Shown piece after piece: positions 22,906-35,046 of a stretch of 64,000 bases of DNA. Positions within the stretch are counted from its first letter, which is position 1; every line of letters begins with the position of its first letter. The stretch comes from Nymphon striatum (taxonomy: Eukaryota): contig JABFOP010000159.1 of assembly GCA_016618385.1 (NCBI GenBank), positions 502,555 to 566,554 of the forward strand. Reading direction: 5' to 3'. Under the pieces are notes generated by a model. It did not search any database, was not told where the DNA came from, and worked only from the letters and a program-made list of their open reading frames with translations. The position numbers were made by a program, and so were the translations under genes.

Positions 22906-25089
22906 TAGTCCGGGAGCCAACTGCCATTTTTCCCCTTAACCTTGCATTGTTGTATTAAGTTTTTTTTACTGTTGATTTTGGTAGCCTAGGGTCTCTATTT
23001 TCAGAAACTGCTTGATGACATGTTGTCACCTTTGAGCAATTTGAGAAATTCAAGATGGCGTCCAAGATGATATAAATGACCATAACTCCCTACCTGTTCA
23101 TCATAGGAAGGTGATTTTTGTCTCTATACCTAGGTTTTAGGGGTCAAGCTATCCATTAGAACTAAGTATTATGTTAATATCGTATTACATAATGGTAATT
23201 TCCAAGATGAGTCTGTGAAAGACTATATAGCGAACTTCAACTATGCCATAGGAAAAAGGTTACGGGTCGAGTACGTGTATCTGATATTTGACAGATATTA
23301 TGATTACAGCACGAAAAGTGTTACCAGAGGATCTAGGGCAACTGGTGTCAGTAGGGCTCATCATTTGCAAGTCAACAGTAAACTTCCAGCGCAGAAGATT
23401 CTACTAACCTCTTCCAAAAACAAGAAGCAACTGATGCAACTGATAGTTGATGATTTTGTCCAGGATAAGAAGTTTCACGAGGACAACACACAACATTACA
23501 AGTTAGTGGTAACAGGAGCAGATCCGGTGCCAATCGAAATCAGTGAAGGTGGAGTTGTCATCTCACGGGCAGATCTGTCAACTTCACACGAAGAAGCAGA
23601 TAACGTCATTGTCCAACAGGTGTTGAGTTGTGCCGCGGAAAATGCAGAAAGCAAAATCACTGTTGTTGCCGATGACACTGACGTCTTTGTACTGTTGTTG
23701 TATTATCATCACATGGCAAATCTCAAGAATGTTGTATTGATGGAGTCCCCATCAAAGGAAGGGCGGTGCTTGATATAGGCAAAACTGTGCAGAAGCATTG
23801 TCAGATAGTCGAAGGAATACTCCCGGCACATACACTTTCTGACTGTGACACCGTCGCCTCCTATTTTAAAATTGGAAAGGCTACTGTACTCAAAACACTT
23901 CGATCGGGGCACTCACTTAACTTGTTGGGTGCACCAGGGCATTCTATGGAATCTGTTATTCAACAGGCTACCTCCTTCATTTCCGCGTGCTATGGACAAA
24001 CAGACTGTAGTACAATGTCAGAGACAAGGTTAAAGGTATGGCTGTCACAAACAGGCAAAGGGTCATCAACACTGAAGTTGTGTACCTTGCCACCAACAAC
24101 TGAGGTATTCAAAGAGAAGAGCTCACTATCAGGCTTTGGTATGGCGGTCACTGAAAGCGCAGAATCCACCCGAGTTGGACTCAACGGAATATGGTTGGGT
24201 AAAGGATGACCAAAACAAGTCCCTTCAACCAGTCACCCTACCTGATGAAGTCGAACTAGCCCCACAGATGGTACTACGTCTAATAAAATGTGGATGCCAC
24301 AGTACTACTCCATGCAGTTCACGTGCTTGTAGTTGCAACTCTGCAAACATGAAATACACAATATTTTGCGCCTGCTATAATCAGGGTTGCTGTAACCTGA
24401 CATCATAGCTGATTGCATGTCTTTGTGATGCACATGAGCAACACAACGTACAACAGTGTAGATTATTTGGTAAAGTGGTAGCCATCCTTAATTATGACTT
24501 GTATAATATGCTTTTGGTAGTCTGTGAGAATTCAGATTTACAATTAAAGAACATTTGTTATAATATAACACCTGTGGTCGTTTACCTTTTCATATTTTCC
24601 ACCAAGATTGAATAGTATAGAAGATATACCAGTGCTTGTAAACTGGCAGCCATCTTGGATTTGTAGATGACATCATCAGTATATGAACTTTGATCTGATA
24701 CAGATAGATGTGTCTCCAAAATACTCAGGGATAGACACCTTCACGACTAATTTGGAGTAAATAGTATATATGCCAGTTTTAGTGTTACGGCGGCCATCTT
24801 GGAAATTACTATTATATAATACGATATAAACATAGTACTTAGTTCTAATGGATAGCTTGACCCCTAAAACCTAGGTATAGAGACAAAAATCACCTTCCTA
24901 TGATGAACAGGTAGGGAGTTATGGTCATTTATATCATCTTGGACGCCATCTTGAATTTCTCAAATTGCTCAAAGGTGACAACATGTCATCAAGCAGTTTC
25001 TGAAAATAGAGACTCTTGGCTACCAAAATTAACAGTAAAAAAAAAATTAATACAACAATGCAGGGTCAACCATCTCTGCCCCCGGACTA
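22906..25089 (+). mobile_element. TIR DNA element (about 2.2 kb, about 230-bp terminal inverted repeats) carrying a PIN-like and CXC ORF
   Basis: 22906-23170 is the reverse complement of 24836-25089 at about 95% identity. The flanks are GGCTA|TAGTCCGGG...CCCGGACTA|CTAAG, suggesting a target-site duplication of CTA or TA. Internal ORFs at 23215-24408 are in three frames. Confidence 0.65.
23215..24408 (+). CDS. TE-borne ORF: PIN/FEN-like nuclease-type acidic motifs plus C-terminal Cys-rich CXC-like module (frameshifted or spliced)
   Basis: The ORF spans three frame segments (23215-23778, 23766-24209, 24136-24408). Motifs include SHEEADNVIVQQV, VVADDTDVFVLLLYY, SDCDTVASYFKIGKATVLK and CGCHSTTPCSSRACSCNSANMKYTIFCACYNQGCC. 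The PIN-like reading comes from the motifs only, and I could not assign a family. Confidence 0.45.
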
Positions 25090-25296
25090 CTAAGTAAACC
25101 GCTTTATTTGTTTTGATAAAAAGTTTCATACATCAATCCGTGTGATGAGTACTATAGCTATGTAATTTAGTTTTAAAAATTGTTTCACAGCTAGTTAAGT
25201 TATCATAATTTAAGAGATTAAATTTGGATAAATTTTATGCAACAATCCTTCGCCTGTAATTATTTTTTCTTTATCTTATGTTCTTTAAAATTGCAG

Positions 25297-25413
25297 ACAA
25301 CTGTGAAATCAAAAAGTAATCAAGATGGTAAACCCCAATGGGATGTCGAAGGAAGTATAATGATGAACTGTGAAATTTTTGACATTGGTTCTAATTTTTT
25401 TTTGAAAAAGAAA
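25297..25413 (+). CDS. PARP4: PARP4-like exon 14 (VIT-vWA linker; boundaries tentative)
   Basis: The acceptor is TTGCAG at 25291-25296 and the donor GTTAGT at 25414, both phase 0. The exon encodes TTVKSKSNQDGKPQWDVEGSIMMNCEIFDIGSNFFLKKK. The similarity to the human ..SLTMSIEMPYVIEFIFSDTHELKQKR is weak but colinear. One upstream exon (human DTVEKICIKEIGT..) was not found. Confidence 0.45.
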
Positions 25414-25959
25414 GTTAGTTTTGAATTAAATTTTTCATTTATTTATATTTATATTATTTAATCCATCTATTTTTTTCCTCTGCACATTCATCTTCAATCC
25501 ACTTTTATCCTGTATAATAAGGGGTATTTGGGCAGAATTCTTACAAACGCATCTATTGACCGCTTCAGAATGAGTTGTAGGTTGTTTGTATTGATGGAAT
25601 ATATTTTGATTAAATATTTTAAATGACATGACTGGATGAGGAGGGTATTATTCAAAAGTCTTGAATGTGAAGGAACGGAAAGTCGAACTTGTTTTCTGAA
25701 ATAATAGGAAGACTGAGTGATCAAAAATGAACTTCAATTGCTGTGCAAGTGGAAGACATCAAGTGTGAATGTTTGGAGGACTTTGAGCAAATCCTTTTTT
25801 TCATATTTTTGTAATAAGGAATTTATTAATGTGAAGGGACGGAACGATAAAATTGCCTAATTAAAAAGAAAGATGATCGATCGTCCCTGTTTAAAGGAGA
25901 ATTTCAAGTACATTTATATCATCTTCTCAAATAGTCTAATTACTTTTATTTTTTTTCAG

Positions 25960-26103
25960 TTATGTGGCCGTTCAGTCATGTTTGCCAAGAATTCTGACGA
26001 TCAACAAAAGATTAGTAAAGAGGGATTTCATTTATATATATTTATTGATGAAATATATGTTCCTCGCTTGTGGGTAGAAACGCATCCAGAAACCAAAACA
26101 AAG
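25960..26103 (+). CDS. PARP4: PARP4-like exon 15
   Basis: The exon encodes LCGRSVMFAKNSDDQQKISKEGFHLYIFIDEIYVPRLWVETHPETKTK. This aligns to the human TDCKAVISTMEGSSLDSSGFSLHIGLSAAYLPRMWVEKHPEKESE. The acceptor is poly-T followed by CAG at 25957-25959 and the donor GTATTT at 26104. Confidence 0.7.
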
Positions 26104-26380
26104 GTATTTACTAATTTATCTGAAAATTAAATATTTCTGAATATATGTTTGTATTTTGAGTGATTTTAATGTATGAGGCATATCCAGAAAGTAAGCTCCA
26201 TTTGCAAATATTGTTATTTCATTGCTGTTGCTATGATTATCCTAATGTGTGACAACTTTTTTAATCCTATTGTCCAACTACAATGCCATTTTAAAAAATT
26301 AGATCATGCTTTGACATTATTCTGCGTGTTCATCATGTTTTAAAAATTTAAATTGCCCTTCTGAGAAATACAGTCTGTTT

Positions 26381-27058
26381 ATAGACATATTGGTCAGAGG
26401 TACCATCTATGGAAGCATAGTGGTGTGTGTGTGGAAGAAGAAGTGAGTCAAGTTAAGTTAATTAACATGATCTTGTGTGACCTTGTGTGATCTTATTTTA
26501 TTTGACAAATGGATCGTGCTTATATAGAGAAGAGAAGAGATAGACAATGTTCCTAAATGATACGTAAATAAAGTAGGGGGAAAAGCAAGGTCAGGTAGAA
26601 GGTCATCACAGCACTCCTTCGGCAAAAAATAAATGAATAAAATATACATTAGTCAGGAACATGATTAAAAAAGCTTGAAGTTGAATCGGCAAGGGCTGCT
26701 CGTTGCTGGGCTAACCGAAGAGACTGCATTGGCTGTTCAGGGAGACGGTTGCTGGCTGCTGGACTGACCGAGGAGACTGGGTTGCTTACTGCTGGGCTGA
26801 TCAAGGGGACAGTTGTGCTTGCGTCTTCATTCATCGTCAGAGTCGCCATTTATATAGACATGTTGGTCAGAAGTACCATCTATGGAAGCATAGTGGTCTG
26901 TGTGTAGAAGAAGAAACGAGTCGAGTTAAGTTAACATGACCTTGTGTGATCTTATTTTATTTGACAAATGGATCGTGATATAGAGAAGAGATAGACAACG
27001 AACCTGAATGATATGCAGATGAAGCAAGGGGAAAAGCAAGGTCAGGTAGAAGGTCACT
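26381..27058. repeat. two direct copies of a 200 to 245-bp repeat (26381-26625 and 26853-27058) separated by a CTG-rich spacer with internal 35-bp repeats
   Basis: ATAGACATATTGGTCAGAGGTACCATCTATGGAAGCATAGTGGT...GGAAAAGCAAGGTCAGGTAGAAGGTCA occurs twice. The spacer 26660-26830 contains GCTGGGCTRAYCRAGGRGAC repeats. The minus-strand ORF at 26649-26849 is low-complexity. Confidence 0.6.
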
Positions 27059-27564
27059 ACATGTTATTTGTTTCATAGTTTCATGAATATGAAACCAGCA
27101 GGCGTTCATTCAGTAAGGTGTTTAGAGAAAATGCCACTAGTGAATCAATGGTAATGGTTATAATAATAATCATTATGGTTCGAATATTTGATTTTCATGG
27201 TCCTTCGCTGCTGGTAAACTCAATGATTTGTGATCGTTCATATACCTGATCTTGATTGACTCTCTTCAAAATCAAAGTTTGTGATCTAATACCTGAAGCA
27301 GGTTTCTTGCAATATTGTGGCGATAGTGAAACAACTATTTTGGAATGATTGGACTATATTTAACTGCTCTAAACCATTACTATCAATCGTTTTCGTAAAA
27401 AAAAAAACTACAAGTGTACTCAAACTTTTGAGCGGTAGTGTAGTTATGAGATAATTCAGAATATGAATATATAGTTAGTTAGAATTACGTGCTCGGCAAC
27501 AAATCCCTTGTATGAAGTCTGAATAATCTTTCCTTAATTATTGTACAGGCAGATTCATCCTGAT

Positions 27565-28300
27565 TTCTAGCCAAAAGCTCTTCTATTGACTTTGCATTGG
27601 AATTACGGGGGGTAAGTGATAGCAGGGCATTTGAAAATTATATGTTCTATATCTTCGTTTGGATGTTCGCATAGCTGACATTTAGGTGATGTAGAAAAAT
27701 AAAATCTGTGCAGGTAGCTGTAGGATGGAAAGTGGTTGAATCGGAATTTTGTTATGATGACTTGGTGTTGCCTGCTAAGATTATGGTATTTGTTTAGGTT
27801 CGGTTTGATTTGAATTGAAATGTAACTTTGTCCCGTAGTTTCATACCCCCATCGAAGATTCCATGTCTCAGAGTTAGAAGTTGATATCTTGCATAAATAA
27901 GAGAACGGAAAAGTAATTTGTACTGGTATCGAACCAAGACAGGTTGCAGTTTTAGCCAAATAATCTGCTTATTCATTACCAGCAATGCCCACGTGGCTTG
28001 GAATCCATTGGATGGCTACATTTGCTGGTATGTTTGAAATAGTAGCCATAATTGACCAGCAGCAAAGATGGTGATATTCGGATAGTCAATATAAATTTAC
28101 GGATTGGAGGGATGATTTAGAGTCTGATAGCATGACGAATTTGTGTTGAACTGGTGAGGCAAGATCCTTAATTTCCTGAATAGCTCTGTTAATGGCAATC
28201 AGTTCAGCTTCCAAGATGAAGCACCGAGGTAACGGTACGGTTACTTCAATATTCTCATTTTAGATAAAGATTCCTGCACCAGGTGAATTGGTTCAAAGAC
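27565..28300 (-). mobile_element. non-LTR retrotransposon 3' fragment (ORF2 C-terminal CCHC-like tail plus upstream RNase-H-like segment)
   Basis: The minus-strand ORF 27603-27959 ends ..SPKCQLCEHPNEDIEHIIFKCPAI. This is the C..C..H....C tail typical of CR1/L2-type ORF2. It lies in the intron before vWA exon 16. Confidence 0.5.
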
Positions 28301-28394
28301 CTAGCCACTTTGTTTTATATTTAAAGTGTGTTCAGTCTGTGCATTTTCCTATGTCATAATTGTTCTCGATTTTAATTCTCGGTATGCATTTTAG

Positions 28395-28581
28395 GCTTGC
28401 ATGATGACATTTTATCCAGACTTCAAATGTCAACAGATAAAACCTCATGAAGTTCTGATTGTTATTGATGCATCAAATTCAATGAAGTTGGATGCATTTG
28501 AAAATGCTGTGAAGCTAAGTCTCCTTTGTTTGAGACTGCTTAGTTATTCAACATCATTTAATGTTGTTGCGTTTGGATCTG
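28395..28581 (+). CDS. PARP4: PARP4-like exon 16 (vWA domain; MIDAS-type DxSxS motif)
   Basis: The exon encodes ACMMTFYPDFKCQQIKPHEVLIVIDASNSMKLDAFENAVKLSLLCLRLLSYSTSFNVVAFGS. This aligns to the human ACMLVFQPDLDV..EVIICLDCSSSMEGVTFLQAKQIALHALSLVGEKQKVNIIQFGT. The acceptor is TTTTAG at 28389-28394. The exon ends in phase 1. Confidence 0.85.
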
Positions 28582-28672
28582 GTAATTATTTCAATTATAT
28601 CTATTCTAAGTAAATTTTTCTATTGAATTTGAAAATATATGATATGAACTTGGTATAAAACTTTCTTTTCAG

Positions 28673-28937
28673 TTTTTCATGAGCTATTTCCAAGACCACA
28701 GCTTTTAACGGACAAGAATCGTCTTTTAGCTGAAACATTTATTGGTTGCCTTGCACCAAATCTTGGAAATACTGATTTGTATCAAATTTTGAGGCCTAAC
28801 TACTTGCTTTTATCTACTTCTAGTCATATTAAAAACATATTCTTAATATCTGATGGCCATATCAATTGTCAAAAAGATATCTTGAACGATCTCAGAAAAG
28901 GAGACCTCAGATGTCGTTTCTTCACATTTGCTGTTGG
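28673..28937 (+). CDS. PARP4: PARP4-like exon 17 (vWA domain continuation)
   Basis: The exon encodes VFHELFPRPQLLTDKNRLLAETFIGCLAPNLGNTDLYQILRPNYLLLSTSSHIKNIFLISDGHINCQKDILNDLRKGDLRCRFFTFAVG. This aligns to the human YKELFSYPKHITSNTMAAEFIMSATPTMGNTDFWKTLRYL..RNILLVSDGHLQDE..TRLFACGIG. The exon ends in phase 2. Confidence 0.8.
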
Positions 28938-30635
28938 GTAAATTTGAAATTTATGATATATTATATACATGCCTGCTCAAATTCAAAATTTGCATGAACG
29001 GGAAAATGGTTATGCAAATATTTTTTGCAAAACTGATTATAGTTTGCATAACCATTTTTTTTTATGTGATGAAAACAACTATATTTCAATTTTTTTTTTT
29101 CTAGATCTCCAGATCTGGAGATATAGACGGGAGGCCTTTGCTCAGCAGTGGGCCTAGTATGGCCTCCAAATAGCCTCAATATCCTGATAATTTACTAATT
29201 GATCAATTTTATTTTTTTTTTTATTTTTAACACTCGTCCTAAGACGAGTTATATTTATTCAGAATAAAAAACATTTTACACAGAAACGTAAATATACTAT
29301 AACAGAAGGAAACAGAAAATACATATTTCATAAACTAAAATGTTAATGGATGGAGTTTATTGCATTTATTTCAAGTTATCAATGTAGATTAGCATTCTTT
29401 TTCTTTGTTGCTTCAGGAATATTAAAAAAAGTTTTAATTTTGTTGACTGTTCATTATATGGGCTCAGAATATGGTGGATATGTCCAGTTAAAACGGACAC
29501 CGATGGATGCAGTTGAGTATAAAAAGGTATATGTAGCTTTGGGCATTCGAATATTTCGTGGAAGGAATATTTAGTTGATCATTTCATTTACATATTCATA
29601 ATTTTTGTTAGAAGATAAAACAAAATAAAAACTACCAAATCTCAATTGACTTACAGAAGAAACAACACTTATTTTATTTTTTAAATTCAATTATTTTTTT
29701 CTTTTTCATTTTTTCTTTTTTATTAGTTGGTTTTTATATAAATTGGTTATGCTAAAATATTTTACTTAAAATATTTACGAAGCGCTCGTTCGTGCAATTT
29801 GACAAGCAGTGCTCAAATATAATGTGTTCTCAAAAGTGTGTGACTTTTTTCCTAGCAAGTTCATTATTATTAAGCCATTATTCAACTTGCTAAGATATTT
29901 ATTGTAATAAGGAATGTGTGTGTCAATGTGTTCCTTATCAATACTGATACCATAATTTTCAGAATTTGAAGCTTTTCATAGAATTTTTTTTCAAAATCCA
30001 CTTGACCTCAACAAGTGAGGTAAAACAACCTTAACCCTGTGGAGTCGCAAGTGACATATATGTCCCCTAGCCCTTTAGGTCGCAAGGGACATATATGGGC
30101 CAGAATCGGAGATCAACATTTTCATCAATTTTTTTCACTAAATCTGAACCGATCGGAATGAAACTTCACATAAATGAAGTTCAATAGTTTTTCGCACCCT
30201 GTGCAAAAAAACAGCCAAATCAAACTATGTTTTCACATTCTCGGACAGATCAAAAAACCATCTTACCATTCCGACAATTTCGCTTTTTATCCCAAAAACG
30301 CTGAACCGACTGTCCTCTAATAGAGTGCATGTGTTTTGAAATGAATAAAATAGCTTTGATTCCCTGAACCATAACCATAAATGAACGAATAAACACGACT
30401 TGCGTTTCTTTTGCTGTCGAGTATATATGTGAGACTGGTTGAGTCTTTAACATCGTGACTCTGGTGGCTGAAGGACCCAGGTTTGAATCTAGTTTGAGCC
30501 TTCCATTTATTCAGTCTTCACACATTGCACATTATGTTGTTTCCTTTCTTAATCAAATGCAGGAATAAATCAATAATTATTAGAATAAAATAGTTTCCTT
30601 CCTTATCATTAACCTTTCTATTTAAATGCCATCAG

Positions 30636-30735
30636 ATGTGCTGCAGATAAACATTGCATGCGTTTATTGTCTCAACACAGTGGAGGAGCATTTCAAAATT
30701 TTAATGTTGATTCCAAGTCAAAATGGAAGAAAAAG
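30636..30735 (+). CDS. PARP4: PARP4-like exon 18
   Basis: The phase-2 acceptor is CATCAG at 30630-30635. The exon encodes GCAADKHCMRLLSQHSGGAFQNFNVDSKSKWKKK. This aligns to the human GSTANRHVLRILSQCGAGVFEYFNAKSKHSWRKQ. The donor is GTACAT at 30736. Confidence 0.7.
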
Positions 30736-31818
30736 GTACATTAAAAGTTTTATACTAATCCAGTTATTGCTTCACCCTACATTTATTATTATATTTGCTG
30801 GGCTCAAAATTTGGTTTTCTGGCTCAAGGCTAGTATTTTAAAAGTTGAACGAGTAGATTTACTAAATCAGTGGTCTGAATGCCCAGTAAAAGATATGGAG
30901 ATGCAAATTTAAAAATTTTACATTTATTTTTTGGTGTCCGCCCTTTTTCAGGCAGAAACGCACTTCTGAGCACTATTAACAATGTCCTTTTTTTAGATCC
31001 GAACACCTTTTTCAATTTAGAAAAGTGCTTCTTGATTACACTTTGTTATACATCTAAGTTAATTTTACAAGCAGTAAAAGTCAAATATCCTAAAAAACAT
31101 TGCAACTAACAAAGCGTTTTAAGAATATAAAGCACTATTCGGAATACAAAAAACCACAAAAATCAGAGTTTTTAAGCAATCCATAAAAGGAAATTTTGTA
31201 ATTGCAAAACTTGCAAGAACAGCACTTTATTATGCGCATGTACAGATAATAAAATTCAAAATTGTGCCTGCAACCGCCGGTTCTGGCGGTCCCAACTTTA
31301 TCCACCCCTGGCTTTCATTCTCTGTTTATATTCTTGGGGAAAATACTTGAAATGTTTGATACTATTTTACAAAAAGTACTTGCCATTGAATACATGTCAT
31401 GTGATTCTTGATTATTAATGAATTAAGAATTAATGCAATCTAATGATTATATGTGAGAGTTTACTAGCCACAGTCTGTAGTGACTGACCATCCTCATTAT
31501 AAGGATGGTGCTTGAGGTTTGTCCTCATAAAGAATCAACCAGGTCAACAACGAGACTCTAAAATTAAGGATTCTTTGTTCATCTTGCTATTTTCCTCTCT
31601 GTTGTCATCAGAATGACAAGTAAAGGAGAAATAAAGATTGTCCATCACTTCTTCAAATTGAAAAAATGTTTTCTTCATTTTGATCATCATTGAAGAAGAA
31701 ATGAATGAATTTAATTTTTTCTAAATCTTTTTATCTTCCTGTATAACCTGCTTCTGTAAATAATAGATTAATGGACAACTGTTTGTTTTGTAACATTTTT
31801 ATCTATATTTTTTTACAG

Positions 31819-31995
31819 GTAATGCATCAACTGAAGTGTTCTGAAAATTATAGTCTTAATGATGTTCACGTAACTTGGCCAGGTTTAACTGACAGCTCAA
31901 AAATTAAGCAAGCACCGAGTAAATTACCTGCTTTATTCAGTGGTTCTCAGCATGTGATATATGCATTGGCTTCAGAAGATGTTGAATTTTATACG
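31819..31995 (+). CDS. PARP4: PARP4-like exon 19
   Basis: The exon encodes VMHQLKCSENYSLNDVHVTWPGLTDSSKIKQAPSKLPALFSGSQHVIYALASEDVEFYT. This aligns to the human IEDQMTRLCSPSCHSVSVKWQQLNPDVPEALQAPAQVPSLFLNDRLLVYGFIPHCTQ. The acceptor is TTACAG at 31813-31818 and the donor GTATGT at 31996. Confidence 0.65.
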
Positions 31996-32992
31996 GTATG
32001 TTTAATTAAATCATTAATTTCTTTTAAGAGCAATTTTTATGTATACAATACATTTAACAGTGTCAGTGTCAGTGGCCAAGGTGGTCATAAATGCACTTCA
32101 ATGTGAAACCGAAAAACTTGCGTTGATGCGCAAATATCTCGAAATCTATCCCGAAATAACCAGAAATAATGATGCGAAAACATGATGCAGCATGAAATTT
32201 TCAAAATGTGTATATCTTTTTTTGTTTAAGTGTTACGACAGTATTTGTATTGCTACTCTGGAACTGTGGGTAATAGATTGTCTTTCTTTAAGGCAACCTT
32301 TTAGGCACTAATTTTGGATTTAACCTTTTCTATTGCTGGATAATTACATTCAGGCAATGTACTATCAACCGAGTGAGGATGTTTCTGTTGAAAAATACCC
32401 CAGGCTTCAGCTGGTTTAATCAGTCTGTTGCTTTGCACGAAGATTCTCACTACAGTTGATAAATGCGGCATCACAAACACAATACCCCTAGAAGAGGACA
32501 AAGTTATGTTTTGTCTGCTTTTCTACTTTGCCACTGAATTCCTTATAATTTGGTTCATAACATCTACTCCTCTTTTGTCTTTGAATTGGAGCACATTTAC
32601 AGGAGCATTTAGAACATTCTGAACATCTTCAAAACTTAGCACGATGGCATGAGCAGCGCATGACACACAGAGTGGATGTGTAGAAAACAAAGACTTTTTT
32701 AAGGGTTTTAAACCAACCAACGAATGCTGTTTTATCTTTTGAGCAAATTAGAATAATTTGGGCAAATTTAGGTGTTACATATTTTCACATTTTTCGGCCC
32801 CCTTGGCCGCTAATAATGATGTTAAATTGAAATTACAATTTCTCCATGTCTATCAAGTTTGCATATTCCAGAAGGCGGTGTTTTTACTTTTCGAAAAATC
32901 AATCCTTAAATTGCAAAACAGATCTAAAATATCTAGGTTTTCTATTAGTTGATTTTTCTTTTATTAATTGTATTTGTGTCTGCTGATTTTAG

Positions 32993-33073
32993 GCTTCTCT
33001 TTCTGCAAATGCTAATGGTGCTCTACTTCAAACTGTTTTAGAAAATTCAAAGAAGAACAAAATAACTGGATCA
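32993..33073 (+). CDS. PARP4: PARP4-like exon 20
   Basis: The acceptor is TTTTAG at 32987-32992 and the donor GTAAGC at 33074, both phase 0. The exon encodes ASLSANANGALLQTVLENSKKNKITGS. This resembles the human ATLCALIQEKEFRTMVSTTELQKTTGT. Confidence 0.55.
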
Positions 33074-33144
33074 GTAAGCTCTTCATTTGATAAAATTTTT
33101 TAAAGATATTTTTCATTTTTATATATTTTTTCTTTTTTGCCTAG

Positions 33145-33331
33145 TTAATTCATGCTTTAGCTGCACGTGCCATATTAAGAGATTGGGAAGATGGTTTACT
33201 CTATGATGATGTGTCAGAAGAAATTCAAACTAAGAAGTTCATGCAAAAAGCCATTATAGATATGAGTATAGAACATTCCGTCTTATGTTCCCTGACCAGT
33301 TTCATTGCCATTGAGAGACGAGACAAGGCTT
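33145..33331 (+). CDS. PARP4: PARP4-like exon 21 (3' boundary uncertain)
   Basis: The exon encodes LIHALAARAILRDWEDGLLYDDVSEEIQTKKFMQKAIIDMSIEHSVLCSLTSFIAIERRDK. This aligns to the human MIHKLAARALIRDYEDGILHENETSHEMKKQTLKSLIIKLSKENSLITQFTSFVAVEKRDEN. The only GT after RRDK is at 33332, which gives phase 1. Confidence 0.65.
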
Positions 33332-33697
33332 GTATCTTAAACCAATTTTTACGAGATAAACTGACATCTTGTAAAATGTAAAATAAAGAAGCCAATCAAA
33401 TAAAATGTTTCGCCCGAATAGAATTGTATGGGTTTAAGGTCACATATGTAGATCATTTCATATACACCAGACAATCAAACTTGGTCTTACATTTTTTCAG
33501 CACTTTGAATAGGTGATCAATGGGGTCTGTCCACAATGTGTTCTGATGATAAGTGCCTTCCCAATCACAGAGTTGTTGTGTTCACTGATATGTTGGTGGA
33601 GGTTTCGGGTGGTGTACCGAACATAAAATTATGCACAATGCAGTGGTCATTGATAATGGGGAAGCTGGGCACAATGAATCAAAACCTAATGAGGGCA

Positions 33698-34330
33698 ACA
33701 AGCCAGAGATTGTGAGCATCATCATCATCATCATCAGCCCATATTGGCCCACTGCTGAGCAAAGGCCTCCTGTCTAGATCTCCAGTCCTCTCTATCGGCA
33801 GCTCTTTCAACTCAATCCCTGTCAAACTTGTGTATTGAGATAAGCTGTCCTAAATAAATATATCTATCAACTTGGTCCAAGGCCACATTTCCTGTCATAA
33901 TGGGTTGGATTTCCACGTTTCTGTTAAACATGACCTTAGTCTTACTCAAATTAATCTCTAAACCTACTTTATTACTGGCAGTTCTCAGTTCCTCAACCAT
34001 AAGTTGAAGCTCCTGAGGGGACTTTGAGAACAGGACTACATCGTCGGCGAACCTGAGGTTGATCAGTCTATCGCCATTTATGGGGATTCCTTTCGAAGTC
34101 CAGTTTAGGCATCTAATTACATTCTCCAAGCAAGCTGTAAATAGTTTTGGAGATATGGAATCTCCTTGTCTCATTCCTTTCTCTAATCTAATCTTATTTA
34201 TATTGGTATGAAGCTTTATATTAGAAGTTCCAAGTCCAAAAATTTGGTCCAGCATTCTTATGTATAACTCCAGTGTTAGATGCTAATCAACCAAGAGAGC
34301 AGGCAGGATTTAGAAGCGGGTTTTCAACCA
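33698..34330 (-). mobile_element. RTE-like LINE fragment (reverse-transcriptase motifs, 3' UTR and (CATCAT)n tail)
   Basis: The minus-strand ORF 33812-34255 encodes ..GMRQGDSISPKLFTACLE...INLRFADDVVLFSKS..ELQLMVEEL (RT motifs including FADD). (CATCAT)n and GCCCACTGCTGAGCAAAGGCCTCC lie at 33712-33780. The element sits in the intron between exons 21 and 22. Confidence 0.65.
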
Positions 34331-35046
34331 TGGGTTTTCAACCATCTCCTAGTGATTATTTTGGTAAATAGTTTATATATACAAGAAAGGAGGCTAATAG
34401 GGCGATAGTTGGCCAAATTTAATTTATCTCCCTTCTTGAAGAGCAGTAAAATAATGTGAGCATACCACTGCCATTTAAAATCCAACGATCATCTGATCAA
34501 CTCTAAAAAGAACTTTCGACTCTCATTAGGAAAATGGTGTGAACCTGCAGCCTGTCTTCACAGACAAGAAGTTGAACCAAGTTCTAGTTTAAACGAGCGA
34601 AAGCCTCCCCCCCATCACCAATAGCCACTGCATTGTGTGTAATTTTAAATATGACTTGTGTGATGCAAGTTATGTTGAGTACACCACCTGACACCTCCAT
34701 CAATGCACAAGTGAACACAAGAACTCATTGATTGAGAAGCACTTGTCGTCACTTATCAAAATACAGTGTGGCAGATCATCACCCATTGATCGATCGCCTG
34801 TTCAAAGTGCTGAAAAAATGCAAGACCAAGCTTGACTGTATGATATATGAAATGATCTACATCTGTGACCTTAAACCCAAGTTGAACATCAAAAGTGATT
34901 CTATGCGGGTGAAACTTTTTATTTGATTGGCCTTTCTTTCACATTTTATAATATGTAATATCTTGTCAGTTTATCTCAATTTTTTCTCTCTTAATTTTTT
35001 TTCTTTTAGCTTTTTATTCAGCTTATTTGAATGTTTGTAAAAGTTT

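Noticed and set aside
23496-24184. Minus-strand ORFs 23496-23678, 23709-23912 and 23990-24184 inside the TIR element
   Set aside because: These are antisense to the longer plus-strand PIN/CXC ORF segments and show no motif content. They are most likely shadow ORFs.
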